A stretch of 64,000 bases of DNA from Thermoplasmata archaeon (GCA_020054495.1 JAHWGK010000006.1:4829-68828); one strand, 5' to 3'. Shown: positions 20,168 to 28,861, counted from the stretch's first letter. The notes: generated by a model from the sequence alone, not told the origin. Numbers and translations are program-made.

Positions 20168-21316
20168 TTAGTTTTCTTCAACAAGTTTTGTTTTTATTTT
20201 TTCGATTTCAAGCTCCTTTTCTTCAGCAATACGCATATCTTTAATGTAATGATGTGTTATCGCTCCGACTAATGCAATCATAATTCCTGTAGCGGTATAC
20301 CCAATGAAATTAATTGTAAAAAACGGACCAACGTTGAGGCTTGTAGGCCAATTAATTAAAGCTTTATATAAAGAACTAAAAATGGCAGAGGAAATAAAAC
20401 CAAAGGCAAAGAGAGAGAAGGGTACAATCCAATAGTTCCAGGGAGTTCTTTTTTCACGTACATAAATATCTACTACCCATCCAAATACGGTTATTAAACC
20501 TGCTATTACTATCCCCCACACTATGTTACTTACAAATAATAACGCTGGGATTAGTGGTGCATCTGGTGGATAATTTTTACCAACAAATGTTGCATTATAG
20601 GCTAAAATACCAAAGGCAATTAGTATTACAACTGCAAGTATATATGTATAAACAGAGAGTTTCCCAGTAAGAAAACCTGATTTTATTTCTCGCCATAATA
20701 CAGCAAGGTTTCTTTCCCATCTGAAAACTCTTATTAGCAAATAAGTACCTAGTGTTAATAGGATAGCGCCAAATCCACTAGCTGTCAAATCAAGTAGTAC
20801 AAAGAAAGCCCATACTATTAGAACTAGAGCTATAGGTAGCAAAAATTGTTTTTGCACTTTATCATCATCAAGAATTTTAAGAATACGGTAATATGTGTCT
20901 TCTAATTCCCTGCTTTGTTTTACAGAGACTCGGTTTATTGATGTTATTTTTATTCTAGATTGAATTATTGGTAGTACATAATCATCCTCGGCACCATCTG
21001 TAACAAGAATTACATTATTCGCCTTTGTTTCTTTGATAACCTGTTCTAGTTGTTCTGATAATATCTCATCTGATTTTATTCCAACGTTCATATGTCCACA
21101 AATCGTAGCTATCTCTACATCCTTTTTTTCATTAATGAGTAAGTTATAAGTAGAAATTGCGGAAAAAATTGCATTTAGATCTGAGTCTTCTGGGTCAGCT
21201 TGCCCAAGTTTATTTGCCGCATCAATATTACCCTTAACTCCAATTATAGGGCTTTTTACTTTTGCTTTTCTCCCAAAATCATCATCACGATCCACATTTA
21301 GAACTAGGATTTTCAT
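20168..21316 (-). CDS. DUF373 family membrane protein
   Basis: VDRDDDFG.K, DPEDSD.N, DGAEDD and VKQS..LE.TYY motifs, then multiple TMs. Confidence 0.9.
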   Translation of the reverse strand: MKILVLNVDRDDDFGRKAKVKSPIIGVKGNIDAANKLGQADPEDSDLNAIFSAISTYNLLINEKKDVEIATICGHMNVGIKSDEILSEQLEQVIKETKANNVILVTDGAEDDYVLPIIQSRIKITSINRVSVKQSRELEDTYYRILKILDDDKVQKQFLLPIALVLIVWAFFVLLDLTASGFGAILLTLGTYLLIRVFRWERNLAVLWREIKSGFLTGKLSVYTYILAVVILIAFGILAYNATFVGKNYPPDAPLIPALLFVSNIVWGIVIAGLITVFGWVVDIYVREKRTPWNYWIVPFSLFAFGFISSAIFSSLYKALINWPTSLNVGPFFTINFIGYTATGIMIALVGAITHHYIKDMRIAEEKELEIEKIKTKLVEEN

Positions 21317-21603
21317 GAGTTTCCAATCACAGTATCAATTATTTCGTATATAAGAATGTTACTGTCAATACTATTGTCCAGTATGACTGGGAATCATGTT
21401 ATTGAAAATATAAATAATATTAACAGCAAAGTATTGCATGAGGCGCAATAGGTAATGGCCGATGCTGAAAAGATTGCGCAAATACGCAGGTTTGTCAAAA
21501 GACGGAAAGTTGAAATATAAATCTCGAAAAGCCTAAAAACAAAATACGTTTAACAAAAACTTAGCAACGATTTTTATATACAATCATTATTTGCTTCTAT
21601 CAA

Positions 21604-22545
21604 ATGAAGGAGCATCCAAAGACCAGCAAATTTGATAATTTACCCAATTGGCAGTTTGTATTAATGATGATGGTTGCTGTAGTTGTATGGGCTCTTGCAT
21701 TTCCATTCATTAAAATCGGATTGGAAGAACTTTCATTTATCAACCTGACAATAATGAGATTTTTCGTGGTTTGTTGTATTCTTTTTTTTGTTCTTATTCT
21801 ACAAAAAAAAAGATTCTCCAAACTACAAAAGAAAGATATACTTCCAATATTCCTACTAGGGCTCCTAGGAGTAATAGCATATCATCTAGGATTAAATTAT
21901 GGTGAACAATTCATATCTCCGGGTACAGCTAGCTTAATAATTGCTACAATTCCAGTACAAATCGTAATATTAGCAGTGATTTTTCTTAAAGAAAAAATAA
22001 CCCTTATAAAACTAATTGGAATAATAATTTCATTAAGTGGTGTAGTAATAATTTCAATGTGGGGAAAAACCGGTACATCATTAGAGATCGATTATATTTT
22101 TGGAGCCTTAGCAGTTTTAATTGCAGCAACAACAGGCGCAATATATACAATAGTGGGAAAAAAATTCTTAGAACGTTACTCAGGGCTATCTTTGACTGTT
22201 TACGCAATGCTTTTAGGAAGTATTGGATTAATACCAACTATTAATAATTCACTTTTTGATCAAGTTTCAAAAATGTCAATAAATGGATGGTTTGCTGTTT
22301 TATTCTTAGGGATTTTTTCTACAGTTATAGGATATACAATTTGGTATGTAGCTTTAAAAATAAAAAATGCAAGTGAAATAAGTATCTATCTCTATGCAAT
22401 CCCAGTGCTGTCTACAATATTCAGTTATTTTATGTTTGGGCAAGAAATTACTTTAATGTTTATTCTTGGAGGAGCTCTAGTAATAATGGGTGTTGTAATT
22501 GTTAATAAGAGAACTGATAAGCAGTTGAACAATAAAATTGATTAA
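21604..22545 (+). CDS. EamA/DMT family transporter
   Basis: About 10 TMs in two repeats; W...F..IK, RF and LKEK signatures. Confidence 0.92.
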   Translation: MKEHPKTSKFDNLPNWQFVLMMMVAVVVWALAFPFIKIGLEELSFINLTIMRFFVVCCILFFVLILQKKRFSKLQKKDILPIFLLGLLGVIAYHLGLNYGEQFISPGTASLIIATIPVQIVILAVIFLKEKITLIKLIGIIISLSGVVIISMWGKTGTSLEIDYIFGALAVLIAATTGAIYTIVGKKFLERYSGLSLTVYAMLLGSIGLIPTINNSLFDQVSKMSINGWFAVLFLGIFSTVIGYTIWYVALKIKNASEISIYLYAIPVLSTIFSYFMFGQEITLMFILGGALVIMGVVIVNKRTDKQLNNKID

Positions 22546-22711
22546 GGTTTTTCTAGTAACACGTTTTTCTCGCAAAAATTAGCACTTTCTTTCGAGAGTC
22601 CTCCTGTTAATATAAACCTCTGTCGGCAGTTCCTTATTACAAATAAAAACAAAATTTTATTAAACATACAATTATTGAAAAATAAAGGAAAATAAAGAGG
22701 TAATACATAGG

Positions 22712-22891
22712 ATGAATAAAGACAGATTTAGAATAACAGTAAGCAAAGTAATTATACAAACCCTTGACGAATACTGTAAATTAGAAAACAGGGACAGAAG
22801 TAACATGATAGAAAAAATGATAGTATTCTATGACAAAATAACAAAAGATAAAAGAAAATATGATATTATGAACAATAACAAAAATATTTAA
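22712..22891 (+). CDS. Ribbon-helix-helix (CopG/Arc-like) protein, 59 aa, not in ORF track
   Basis: Own translation MNKDRFRITVSKVIIQTLDEYCKLENRDRSNMIEKMIVFYDK...; alternating beta strand, LDEYC helix, RS..IE second helix; GAGGT upstream. Confidence 0.7.
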   Translation: MNKDRFRITVSKVIIQTLDEYCKLENRDRSNMIEKMIVFYDKITKDKRKYDIMNNNKNI

Positions 22892-23007
22892 TAATCAAAA
22901 AAAATAGTTATTTTCTCTCCCTTTTATTTAAAAATAAATAATAAAGAAACTTATAATCTATATTGATATTCATTATATACTGCAATAAATAAGGGTAAGG
23001 ATTAACA

Positions 23008-24333
23008 ATGGATGTTAAATTATATGCTCTTGGAGGTTATGAAGAAGTCGGTCGAAACATGACGTGTCTAGAGATTGGTAATGAAGCAGTAATTCTTGAT
23101 ATGGGCGTGTACATGGATCGCTTTATCCCACTCCAAGACCAAATACAACAATGTTCAACACAAACCCTAATCAAAGAAGATGTTATCCCAGATGATAGAC
23201 CTATTAATCATCTTCGAAAGAAAATGAAAGCAATAATACTTAGTCATGCTCATCTTGATCATATTGGAGCAGCTTATTGGCTTTCATCAAATTATAATTG
23301 CCCAATTTATACTACACCTTATACTAATAAAATTTTACAGCAAAGAGAAAAAAATAATCAATTACAACTGAAAAATAAAATCATTAGCATCACTCCAAAT
23401 TCATCTTATAAAATATCTGATAAAATCGAAATCGAATTTATTCATGTTACACATTCTGTTATTCAATCATCAATGATTAATATCATTACATCAGAGGGAA
23501 ATGTTTTATATTCTCTTGATTACAAATTTGATAATCATCCAGTAATCGGTCAAACAACAAATAAACAACGATTAAGAGAACTTGGAAAAGAACACATGTT
23601 AGCTCTCATCGTTGATTCAACGAATGCTGAAAAAGAAAATAAAACATATTCAGAGTCGGTTGCTCGAGAGATGCTTAGAGATGTTGTCTTAGGTATGGAA
23701 ACAGAGAAACATGGAGTTATCGTTTCAACTTTTTCTTCTCATATCGCCCGTTTAAAAACAATTTTAGACGTATCAAAAGACCTTGGTAGAGATACCGTAT
23801 TTTTAGGTAGGTCACTTCATGAATACATTAGTGCAGCTGAACAATTAGATTTTGTAAATTTTTCTGAAAAGGCTGAGATCATTAAAAATCCATATCGTTC
23901 AAAAAAACGATTAGATGAAATCAATAAAAACAGGGATAAATATCTTGTTGTTGCAACAGGTAGTCAAGGTGAACCAAATGCAACGATTTCTAAGATTGTA
24001 AATGAAGATATTCCCCTTAGGATTAAATCTGATGATTTTATAATCTTTGCATGTGGAGTTATCCCTACTCCATCAATCCAGGCAAATAGGGGGATTTTAG
24101 AAAATAAGATCCATCATAAAAAGGGAAGAATCTTCAAAGATGTCCATGTCTCTGGACATGCATCCCGGGAAGACATTAGAGATTTAATTAAAATTGTTTC
24201 ACCAGAAAACATTATTCCAGCTCATGGCGATATAAAAAAATTGGCATCAGTTGCAACACTTTCTATGGATATGGGATATGCTCTTGGTAAAAATGTGCAT
24301 CTTTTACAGAATGGACGCTATGTAAAACTTTAA
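23008..24333 (+). CDS. rnj: Ribonuclease J (archaeal beta-CASP MBL nuclease)
   Basis: LGGYEEVGRNMT, SHAHLDHIG, THS, DYKFD, TFSSHIAR, GSQGEP, HVSGHA and IPAHG motifs. Confidence 0.93.
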   Translation: MDVKLYALGGYEEVGRNMTCLEIGNEAVILDMGVYMDRFIPLQDQIQQCSTQTLIKEDVIPDDRPINHLRKKMKAIILSHAHLDHIGAAYWLSSNYNCPIYTTPYTNKILQQREKNNQLQLKNKIISITPNSSYKISDKIEIEFIHVTHSVIQSSMINIITSEGNVLYSLDYKFDNHPVIGQTTNKQRLRELGKEHMLALIVDSTNAEKENKTYSESVAREMLRDVVLGMETEKHGVIVSTFSSHIARLKTILDVSKDLGRDTVFLGRSLHEYISAAEQLDFVNFSEKAEIIKNPYRSKKRLDEINKNRDKYLVVATGSQGEPNATISKIVNEDIPLRIKSDDFIIFACGVIPTPSIQANRGILENKIHHKKGRIFKDVHVSGHASREDIRDLIKIVSPENIIPAHGDIKKLASVATLSMDMGYALGKNVHLLQNGRYVKL

Positions 24334-24432
24334 CAACATCATAATCAGCAAGTAAAAATGTTCTTTTACATAAAATTATAATCATTTAGATTACTTCAGA
24401 TTTATATATCATTAATATAACATCTCCAGAAT

Positions 24433-24573
24433 TTACTTATCTTCATATTTTCTACAATCACGGGGGCATCCTCTAAATGTATTTACTCCAGCTAAACATC
24501 TAAAACCTACTGCTTTTTCATCACCCGATTTGGGAATTGTTATTTTATAATATTTGCAATTTCCGTTTGGCAT
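24433..24573 (-). CDS. Cys-rich microprotein, 46 aa, not in ORF track
   Basis: Own translation MPNGNCKYYKITIPKSGDEKAVGFRCLAGVNTFRGCPRDCRKYEDK; 4 Cys; GC-richer than its flanks. Confidence 0.5.
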   Translation of the reverse strand: MPNGNCKYYKITIPKSGDEKAVGFRCLAGVNTFRGCPRDCRKYEDK

Positions 24574-24690
24574 ATAAAATTAATATTTTATTAAAGATTT
24601 AAAATTTTACCATCATCCTACTATATTCTATAAATGCTCCTTATTACTAAAAAATTTAAAATAAAAAGAAAGAAAAAGAAATAAAAATAG

Positions 24691-24900
24691 TTAATTATGT
24701 ATAATTTGATGTACTTTATGACTCCATTGTTTTAAAAAGCCAGTTTTATTAAGATATCTAAGGGTATATGAGAGTTGTACTGTATTCATTTCTAATTGGT
24801 TTCTAAATTTTTCATTATTCCTGATGAAAGAATATTGTTGTTCTTTCATTAACCTTTTTACTTGTTTCGATTGATTTATTATCCGTTTTAGACTCTGCAT
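24691..24900 (-). CDS. Small putative winged-helix DNA-binding protein
   Basis: GGAGG upstream of ATG at 24900; KFRNQLEMNTVQLSYTLRYLNKTGFLKQW resembles an HTH plus wing. Confidence 0.55.
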   Translation of the reverse strand: MQSLKRIINQSKQVKRLMKEQQYSFIRNNEKFRNQLEMNTVQLSYTLRYLNKTGFLKQWSHKVHQIIHN

Positions 24901-24948
24901 GTTTTTTTCCTCCATTTAATATATCTTACTATATGTTTGATTTCAATT

Positions 24949-25068
24949 TTATTCATTAATCGTAGTTGTATGTGATAATTTAATTTTTTTCTGCCATTCA
25001 TTAGTTTGAGGTAACTCAAAATCATTCATCCAGTCATTAAATGGATCAATATTTCTCATTTTTTTCAT
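24949..25068 (-). CDS. Hypothetical microprotein, 39 aa, not in ORF track
   Basis: MKKMRNIDPFNDWMNDFELPQTNEWQKKIKLSHTTTINE with AAGGA upstream, within a run of co-oriented small ORFs. Confidence 0.4.
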   Translation of the reverse strand: MKKMRNIDPFNDWMNDFELPQTNEWQKKIKLSHTTTINE

Positions 25069-25128
25069 TTGTTTTTCCTTCCATCAAATCTAAAATTAAG
25101 AATGATATAGTAATAGATGATAGATCTT

Positions 25129-25284
25129 TTAATTTAGCTTTATTTCATTGATATTTTTCCATGCATTATTGACACGTTGTGAAAAAATTATCACTTCTTC
25201 TTTCTTTTTTAATCTATTATTACGTATCCTCTCACGTATTTCGCTTATTCTTTTATCTCTGTGGTTTTTAAAAGCCTCACTCAT
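25129..25284 (-). CDS. Small basic hypothetical protein, 51 aa
   Basis: GAGGT RBS before MSEAFKNHRDKRISEIRERIR... Confidence 0.55.
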   Translation of the reverse strand: MSEAFKNHRDKRISEIRERIRNNRLKKKEEVIIFSQRVNNAWKNINEIKLN

Positions 25285-25338
25285 TTTTTCTACCTCTTCT
25301 AAACATATTACTATCAATAATAGTTGAATGTTAACAGA

Positions 25339-25440
25339 TTAAGTGTATACATGTGTTCCAAATTTTATCATGTGATCTTTTAGTGACTCTTCAGTTCTAA
25401 ATTTTCGTCCACAGTAAATACATCTGCAAATTTTTGTCAA
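25339..25440 (-). CDS. Stand-alone C2H2-type zinc-finger microprotein, 33 aa, not in ORF track
   Basis: AGGAGG RBS, TTG start; MTKICRCIYCGRKFRTEESLKDHMIKFGTHVYT fits C-x2-C-x3-F-x5-L-x2-H-x6-H. Confidence 0.65.
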   Translation of the reverse strand: MTKICRCIYCGRKFRTEESLKDHMIKFGTHVYT

Positions 25441-25535
25441 ACTTTTCCTCCTAAAAAAAGAGATTTGGGCGATATAATCGTCCTTAATATTCTGATTATC
25501 TCATTTTCTTAGTTTTCAGTGTTAAGTACGTTAAC

Positions 25536-25658
25536 TCATCTATCTGCTCTTGTAAATGTTGCTCTTCGAAAGTCATCTGCTTCTAATGACTGAAGTCGTT
25601 TTTGCTTTCTCCAGTCCCTATCGTTTTCAAAGACCGTAAATTCTCTGTCTATATTCAT
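25536..25658 (-). CDS. Hypothetical microprotein, 40 aa
   Basis: AGGTGA RBS before MNIDREFTVFENDRDWRKQKRLQSLEADD...; first gene of the leftward run. Confidence 0.5.
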   Translation of the reverse strand: MNIDREFTVFENDRDWRKQKRLQSLEADDFRRATFTRADR

Positions 25659-25724
25659 TGATTTCACCTGCTCTTTCCGAAATTTATCGGATGATAGTAG
25701 TATGCAGTAGGTAGTATATATCGT

Positions 25725-25775
25725 TGTGTACAAAGGTATATAAATGTGTAAAATTATTACATGTTTGTGTAAAAT
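25725..25775. promoter_or_regulatory. Putative bidirectional promoter/operator: TATATAAA box with three TGTGTA repeats
   Basis: TGTGTA at 25725, 25745 and 25766 (last two extend to TGTGTAAAAT); TATATAAA at 25737-25744; lies between divergent ORF runs. Confidence 0.45.
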
Positions 25776-25931
25776 ATGGTAAAAAGAATACGAATGAACA
25801 TATCTTTAACCAAAGAAGAAAATACCCTCATCAAAAAAATCGCGAAAGAAGAAGAAAGACCATATAGCAGACAAATAGTTTACATGATGAATTTCTACAT
25901 AAAAAATAATAAGAAAAATGAGGTGAAATAA
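25776..25931 (+). CDS. Ribbon-helix-helix (Arc-like) protein, 51 aa, not in ORF track
   Basis: Own translation MVKRIRMNISLTKEENTLIKKIAKEEERPYSRQIVYMMNFYIKNNKKNEVK; stop abuts the next ATG. Confidence 0.7.
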   Translation: MVKRIRMNISLTKEENTLIKKIAKEEERPYSRQIVYMMNFYIKNNKKNEVK

Positions 25932-26129
25932 ATGAAATATATATGTAATCGATGTGCTAAAATTTTTCAGGCAAATGACATAACCATTCATTATACGACA
26001 GGTGACAATGGATTAGAAATTGTTGCTATTTGTAAATTGTGTTTAGAAAGATACTTGGAGAAAACAAAGGTACATACTGATAGAAAAGAAGATGAAAATG
26101 AAAGAATGAAAATGAAAAGGAAATGGTAG
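25932..26129 (+). CDS. Small C4 zinc-binding protein
   Basis: CNRC...CKLC; GAGGTGA RBS; directly coupled to the RHH gene. Confidence 0.65.
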   Translation: MKYICNRCAKIFQANDITIHYTTGDNGLEIVAICKLCLERYLEKTKVHTDRKEDENERMKMKRKW

Positions 26130-26169
26130 TTAAACAAATCCAAGCGAGAAATCCCCAACTTTTAACATA

Positions 26170-26269
26170 ACTTTTGCACTTTTTTGAAAAACAAGGAGAA
26201 AAGGTCAGTAGAGTAAATATTGCTATCTCTCCTTACATATGCCTGATTAATGACAAAAAGTGCAAAAGT
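26170..26269. repeat. 15-bp perfect inverted repeat enclosing an inner stem (long hairpin, MITE-like)
   Basis: ACTTTTGCACTTTTT (26170-26184) and AAAAAGTGCAAAAGT (26255-26269); inner AAGGAGA/TCTCCTT. Confidence 0.7.
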
Positions 26270-26489
26270 ATTGTTATAAGTTTCCTTTGCATTCTTTTAA
26301 AAACAGGCCTTGTAAGTCAATCAAAAAAGAAAAATATCATCTTCATCAGCAGTTAATAAATTATTTCTAGCGGCAGGTTTAAAGATCAAATGACAAACTT
26401 TTGAAGGAAATACGAGAAATGATTTACATGTAAAGTGCTAATATTCAACGGAAACTATTTAATCAAAAAATTGTTGCATTTTTGATACA

Positions 26490-27728
26490 ATGTACCAGAA
26501 ATGGAATAACAATGTACGGTTAAAACCCAAAATTGTTAGAAAATGTGGAGAGATAAAACCATTGGATATAGTGGTGGGTGTACTCTGTAAAGATGTGGAG
26601 AGTACGATTCTGAATGTGTTAAATGTGGTCAACAAGGGACTCTACAAGTTCTTTCCTGATTTCAAAAAAGCCATCGTAGTCAGTATGGGGTTTTCATCAG
26701 ATGATACTGCCGAAGCAATAGAGCTTTTTCAACCATACAATAGCATAGCAAAAATCGTGACTGATGACATAACGTTGGGTGGCAAAGGCGGTGGTATACG
26801 AACCATTATCGAAATCGCTCATGAAGCTGAAGCAAAAGTAATTGTCTTACTCGATGGAGATCTTCTAAGTATCGAACCAGAATGGATCCAAGCGATTTCA
26901 ACACCCATTATATATGGACGGGCTGATCTTACTGTTCCCCACTATATACGGGATAAGTACGATGGTGTGGTCACCAACAATTTGGTTTATCCCTTTACGA
27001 GAGCAGTATACGGTCTTAACATCAGACAGCCGATTGCAGGTGAATTCGGGTTATCAAGGGATTTATATGAAATTTTACGGAAACATCCGTTATTCCCACC
27101 TGATTTTGGAGTTGACATTTTCATTGTAACCGTAGCAACAGCAGAACAAATGATGATAAGAGAAGGACTGTTTGCTCTCAAAATTCATAGGTCGACGGGA
27201 CGATATTTAGAACCTGAGAAATTTTTAATACCAATGTTTCGGAAGGTAACAGGGAACATGTTTGAACTCGCAAAATACTACGAAGAGCTTTGGAAGAAGA
27301 GAGAGCCAAAGCAGCATAAATCACGGTATAAAGAACATTTCGGCCAAAAACCTATCCCAGTTAACGTAGACATCAATAAATTGAAGAAGACTTTCAAAAA
27401 CGAGTTTACCACATCAAAAATGACGTTCGCACGATTCCTGCCAGATGAGATAATAGCTGCTCTAGATAATATTGCCCATCATATCGAACTATTTGATGCT
27501 GAACTCTGGGCTAATATCGTGTATCATTTTGCAGCGTCTTATAAGAAAATGAAAACCGATTCTGATAAGGATTTGCTCATCGAGTCGTTGAAAACACTTT
27601 GGATTGGTCGATTTGTAAGTTATGCTATTGAAACAAAAGATATGGACATAAATAAGGCAGAACATGTCATTCAAAAATCAGCAGAAATCTTCGAAAAACA
27701 ATTCAGTTATCTCCGTTCTATTTATTAG
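26490..27728 (+). CDS. GT-A glycosyltransferase, glucosylglycerate/mannosylglycerate synthase-like
   Basis: SSDDT, GKGGG, DGDL.SI.PEW, P.Y.R.KYDG.VTN.LVYP, IRQPIAGEFGLS and FGVDI motifs. Confidence 0.8.
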   Translation: MYQKWNNNVRLKPKIVRKCGEIKPLDIVVGVLCKDVESTILNVLNVVNKGLYKFFPDFKKAIVVSMGFSSDDTAEAIELFQPYNSIAKIVTDDITLGGKGGGIRTIIEIAHEAEAKVIVLLDGDLLSIEPEWIQAISTPIIYGRADLTVPHYIRDKYDGVVTNNLVYPFTRAVYGLNIRQPIAGEFGLSRDLYEILRKHPLFPPDFGVDIFIVTVATAEQMMIREGLFALKIHRSTGRYLEPEKFLIPMFRKVTGNMFELAKYYEELWKKREPKQHKSRYKEHFGQKPIPVNVDINKLKKTFKNEFTTSKMTFARFLPDEIIAALDNIAHHIELFDAELWANIVYHFAASYKKMKTDSDKDLLIESLKTLWIGRFVSYAIETKDMDINKAEHVIQKSAEIFEKQFSYLRSIY

Positions 27729-27987
27729 AAGAGATTCTGTACGTATAAACCAATGTGAATTATGAATTTCAAGAAAGGCCTTCGCGTGTTAAATAAAAAC
27801 ATTTTTCATTAGGTGGTTCATTAACCTGTAAGAAATCTTAATTTTTATTGGTAAAAGTGTATTCAAATCTCGTCCCTTGAACCTCAAATATTTAAAAAAC
27901 TATTGTCCAAGTATATGGACCATAAATAGAAAACGTATTATACGAAATACCTAAAAATTGATTAATCAATTATCATTTTCTAAAAAT

Positions 27988-28710
27988 ATGACCAAACTAC
28001 TGTACATGGGCAATATTGAAGGGAACTACATAAAGGAATTTGATGCAATTGTTATAAAAAATAAGAAAGACTATATTTGTCTTGACAAGACTGCATTTTA
28101 CCCTCTTGGCGGAGGGCAACCCTCAGATATTGGCGTATTAGAATGGAACGATAAAAAATCAGAGGTAAAAGAGGTCATCAAAAAAGGAGATACAATAAAA
28201 CACATAATTAAAGGAGAACTACCATCAGTCGGAACAAAAGTCCATGCAACACTAGATTGGCATAGGCGCTACAGCCATATGAAAATGCATACAGCTCAAC
28301 ATATCATATCTGGAATAGTCTTCGATGAATACAACAAAGCACGAACAGTAGGAAACCAGATACATGCAGATTATTCAAGAGTAGACTTTAATCCAGCAAG
28401 TTTTACAGAAAAAGACTTAGAAGATATAGTAAACAAATTTAATAAAATAATAGAACAAAACCTACCAGTAAAAATCTATGAAGAAGAACGAGAAATCCTG
28501 GAAAAAAGAGTTGACCAACAACGATGCAATCTTGATCTACTCCCGAAATTTATAACAAAACTACGAATTGTAGAAATACAAGGATTTGACATTTGCCCAT
28601 GCGCAGGAACACATGTCAAAAACACAAATGAGATAACGAAAATAGATAAAACAAAAAAAGAAAGAAAAGGAAAAGACACAGATCGTATAATTTATTCACT
28701 AAGTAAGTAG
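27988..28710 (+). CDS. alaX: Alanyl-tRNA editing protein AlaX-M
   Basis: LDKTAFYP.GGGQP.D.G, MKMHTAQH and CPCAGTHV motifs. Confidence 0.93.
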   Translation: MTKLLYMGNIEGNYIKEFDAIVIKNKKDYICLDKTAFYPLGGGQPSDIGVLEWNDKKSEVKEVIKKGDTIKHIIKGELPSVGTKVHATLDWHRRYSHMKMHTAQHIISGIVFDEYNKARTVGNQIHADYSRVDFNPASFTEKDLEDIVNKFNKIIEQNLPVKIYEEEREILEKRVDQQRCNLDLLPKFITKLRIVEIQGFDICPCAGTHVKNTNEITKIDKTKKERKGKDTDRIIYSLSK

Positions 28711-28711
28711 A

Positions 28712-28861
28712 TCATAATTTCAGTCTTATTTCAACATCTTTTATCTCATCTACGTCTTTTAATGATCTAAGCATTCCACAAATTGAATTTGCAATAAATT
28801 CTGCAGGAAATTCAGTTAAGGGAATTTCTTTACCATTTACTTTTACGTTTATTCTTTCCAT
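28712..28861 (-). CDS. 49 aa protein resembling the MobB C-terminal extension, not in ORF track
   Basis: MERINVKVNGKEIPLTEFPAEFIANSICGMLRSLKDVDEIKDVEIRLKL; ATG directly follows the mobB stop; GGAGG RBS. Confidence 0.75.
   Translation of the reverse strand: MERINVKVNGKEIPLTEFPAEFIANSICGMLRSLKDVDEIKDVEIRLKL

Noticed and set aside
22579..22604. CIRCE-like TTAGCACT half-site
   Set aside because: Second arm and spacing do not match TTAGCACTC-N9-GAGTGCTAA, and no chaperone gene is adjacent
26174..26356. 60 aa TTG-start ORF over the hairpin
   Set aside because: No RBS or motif; better explained as the non-coding palindromic element
22546..26460. Calling the island a provirus or transposon feature
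   Set aside because: No integrase, transposase, Rep or structural gene and no tRNA att site; kept only as a hypothesis under findings
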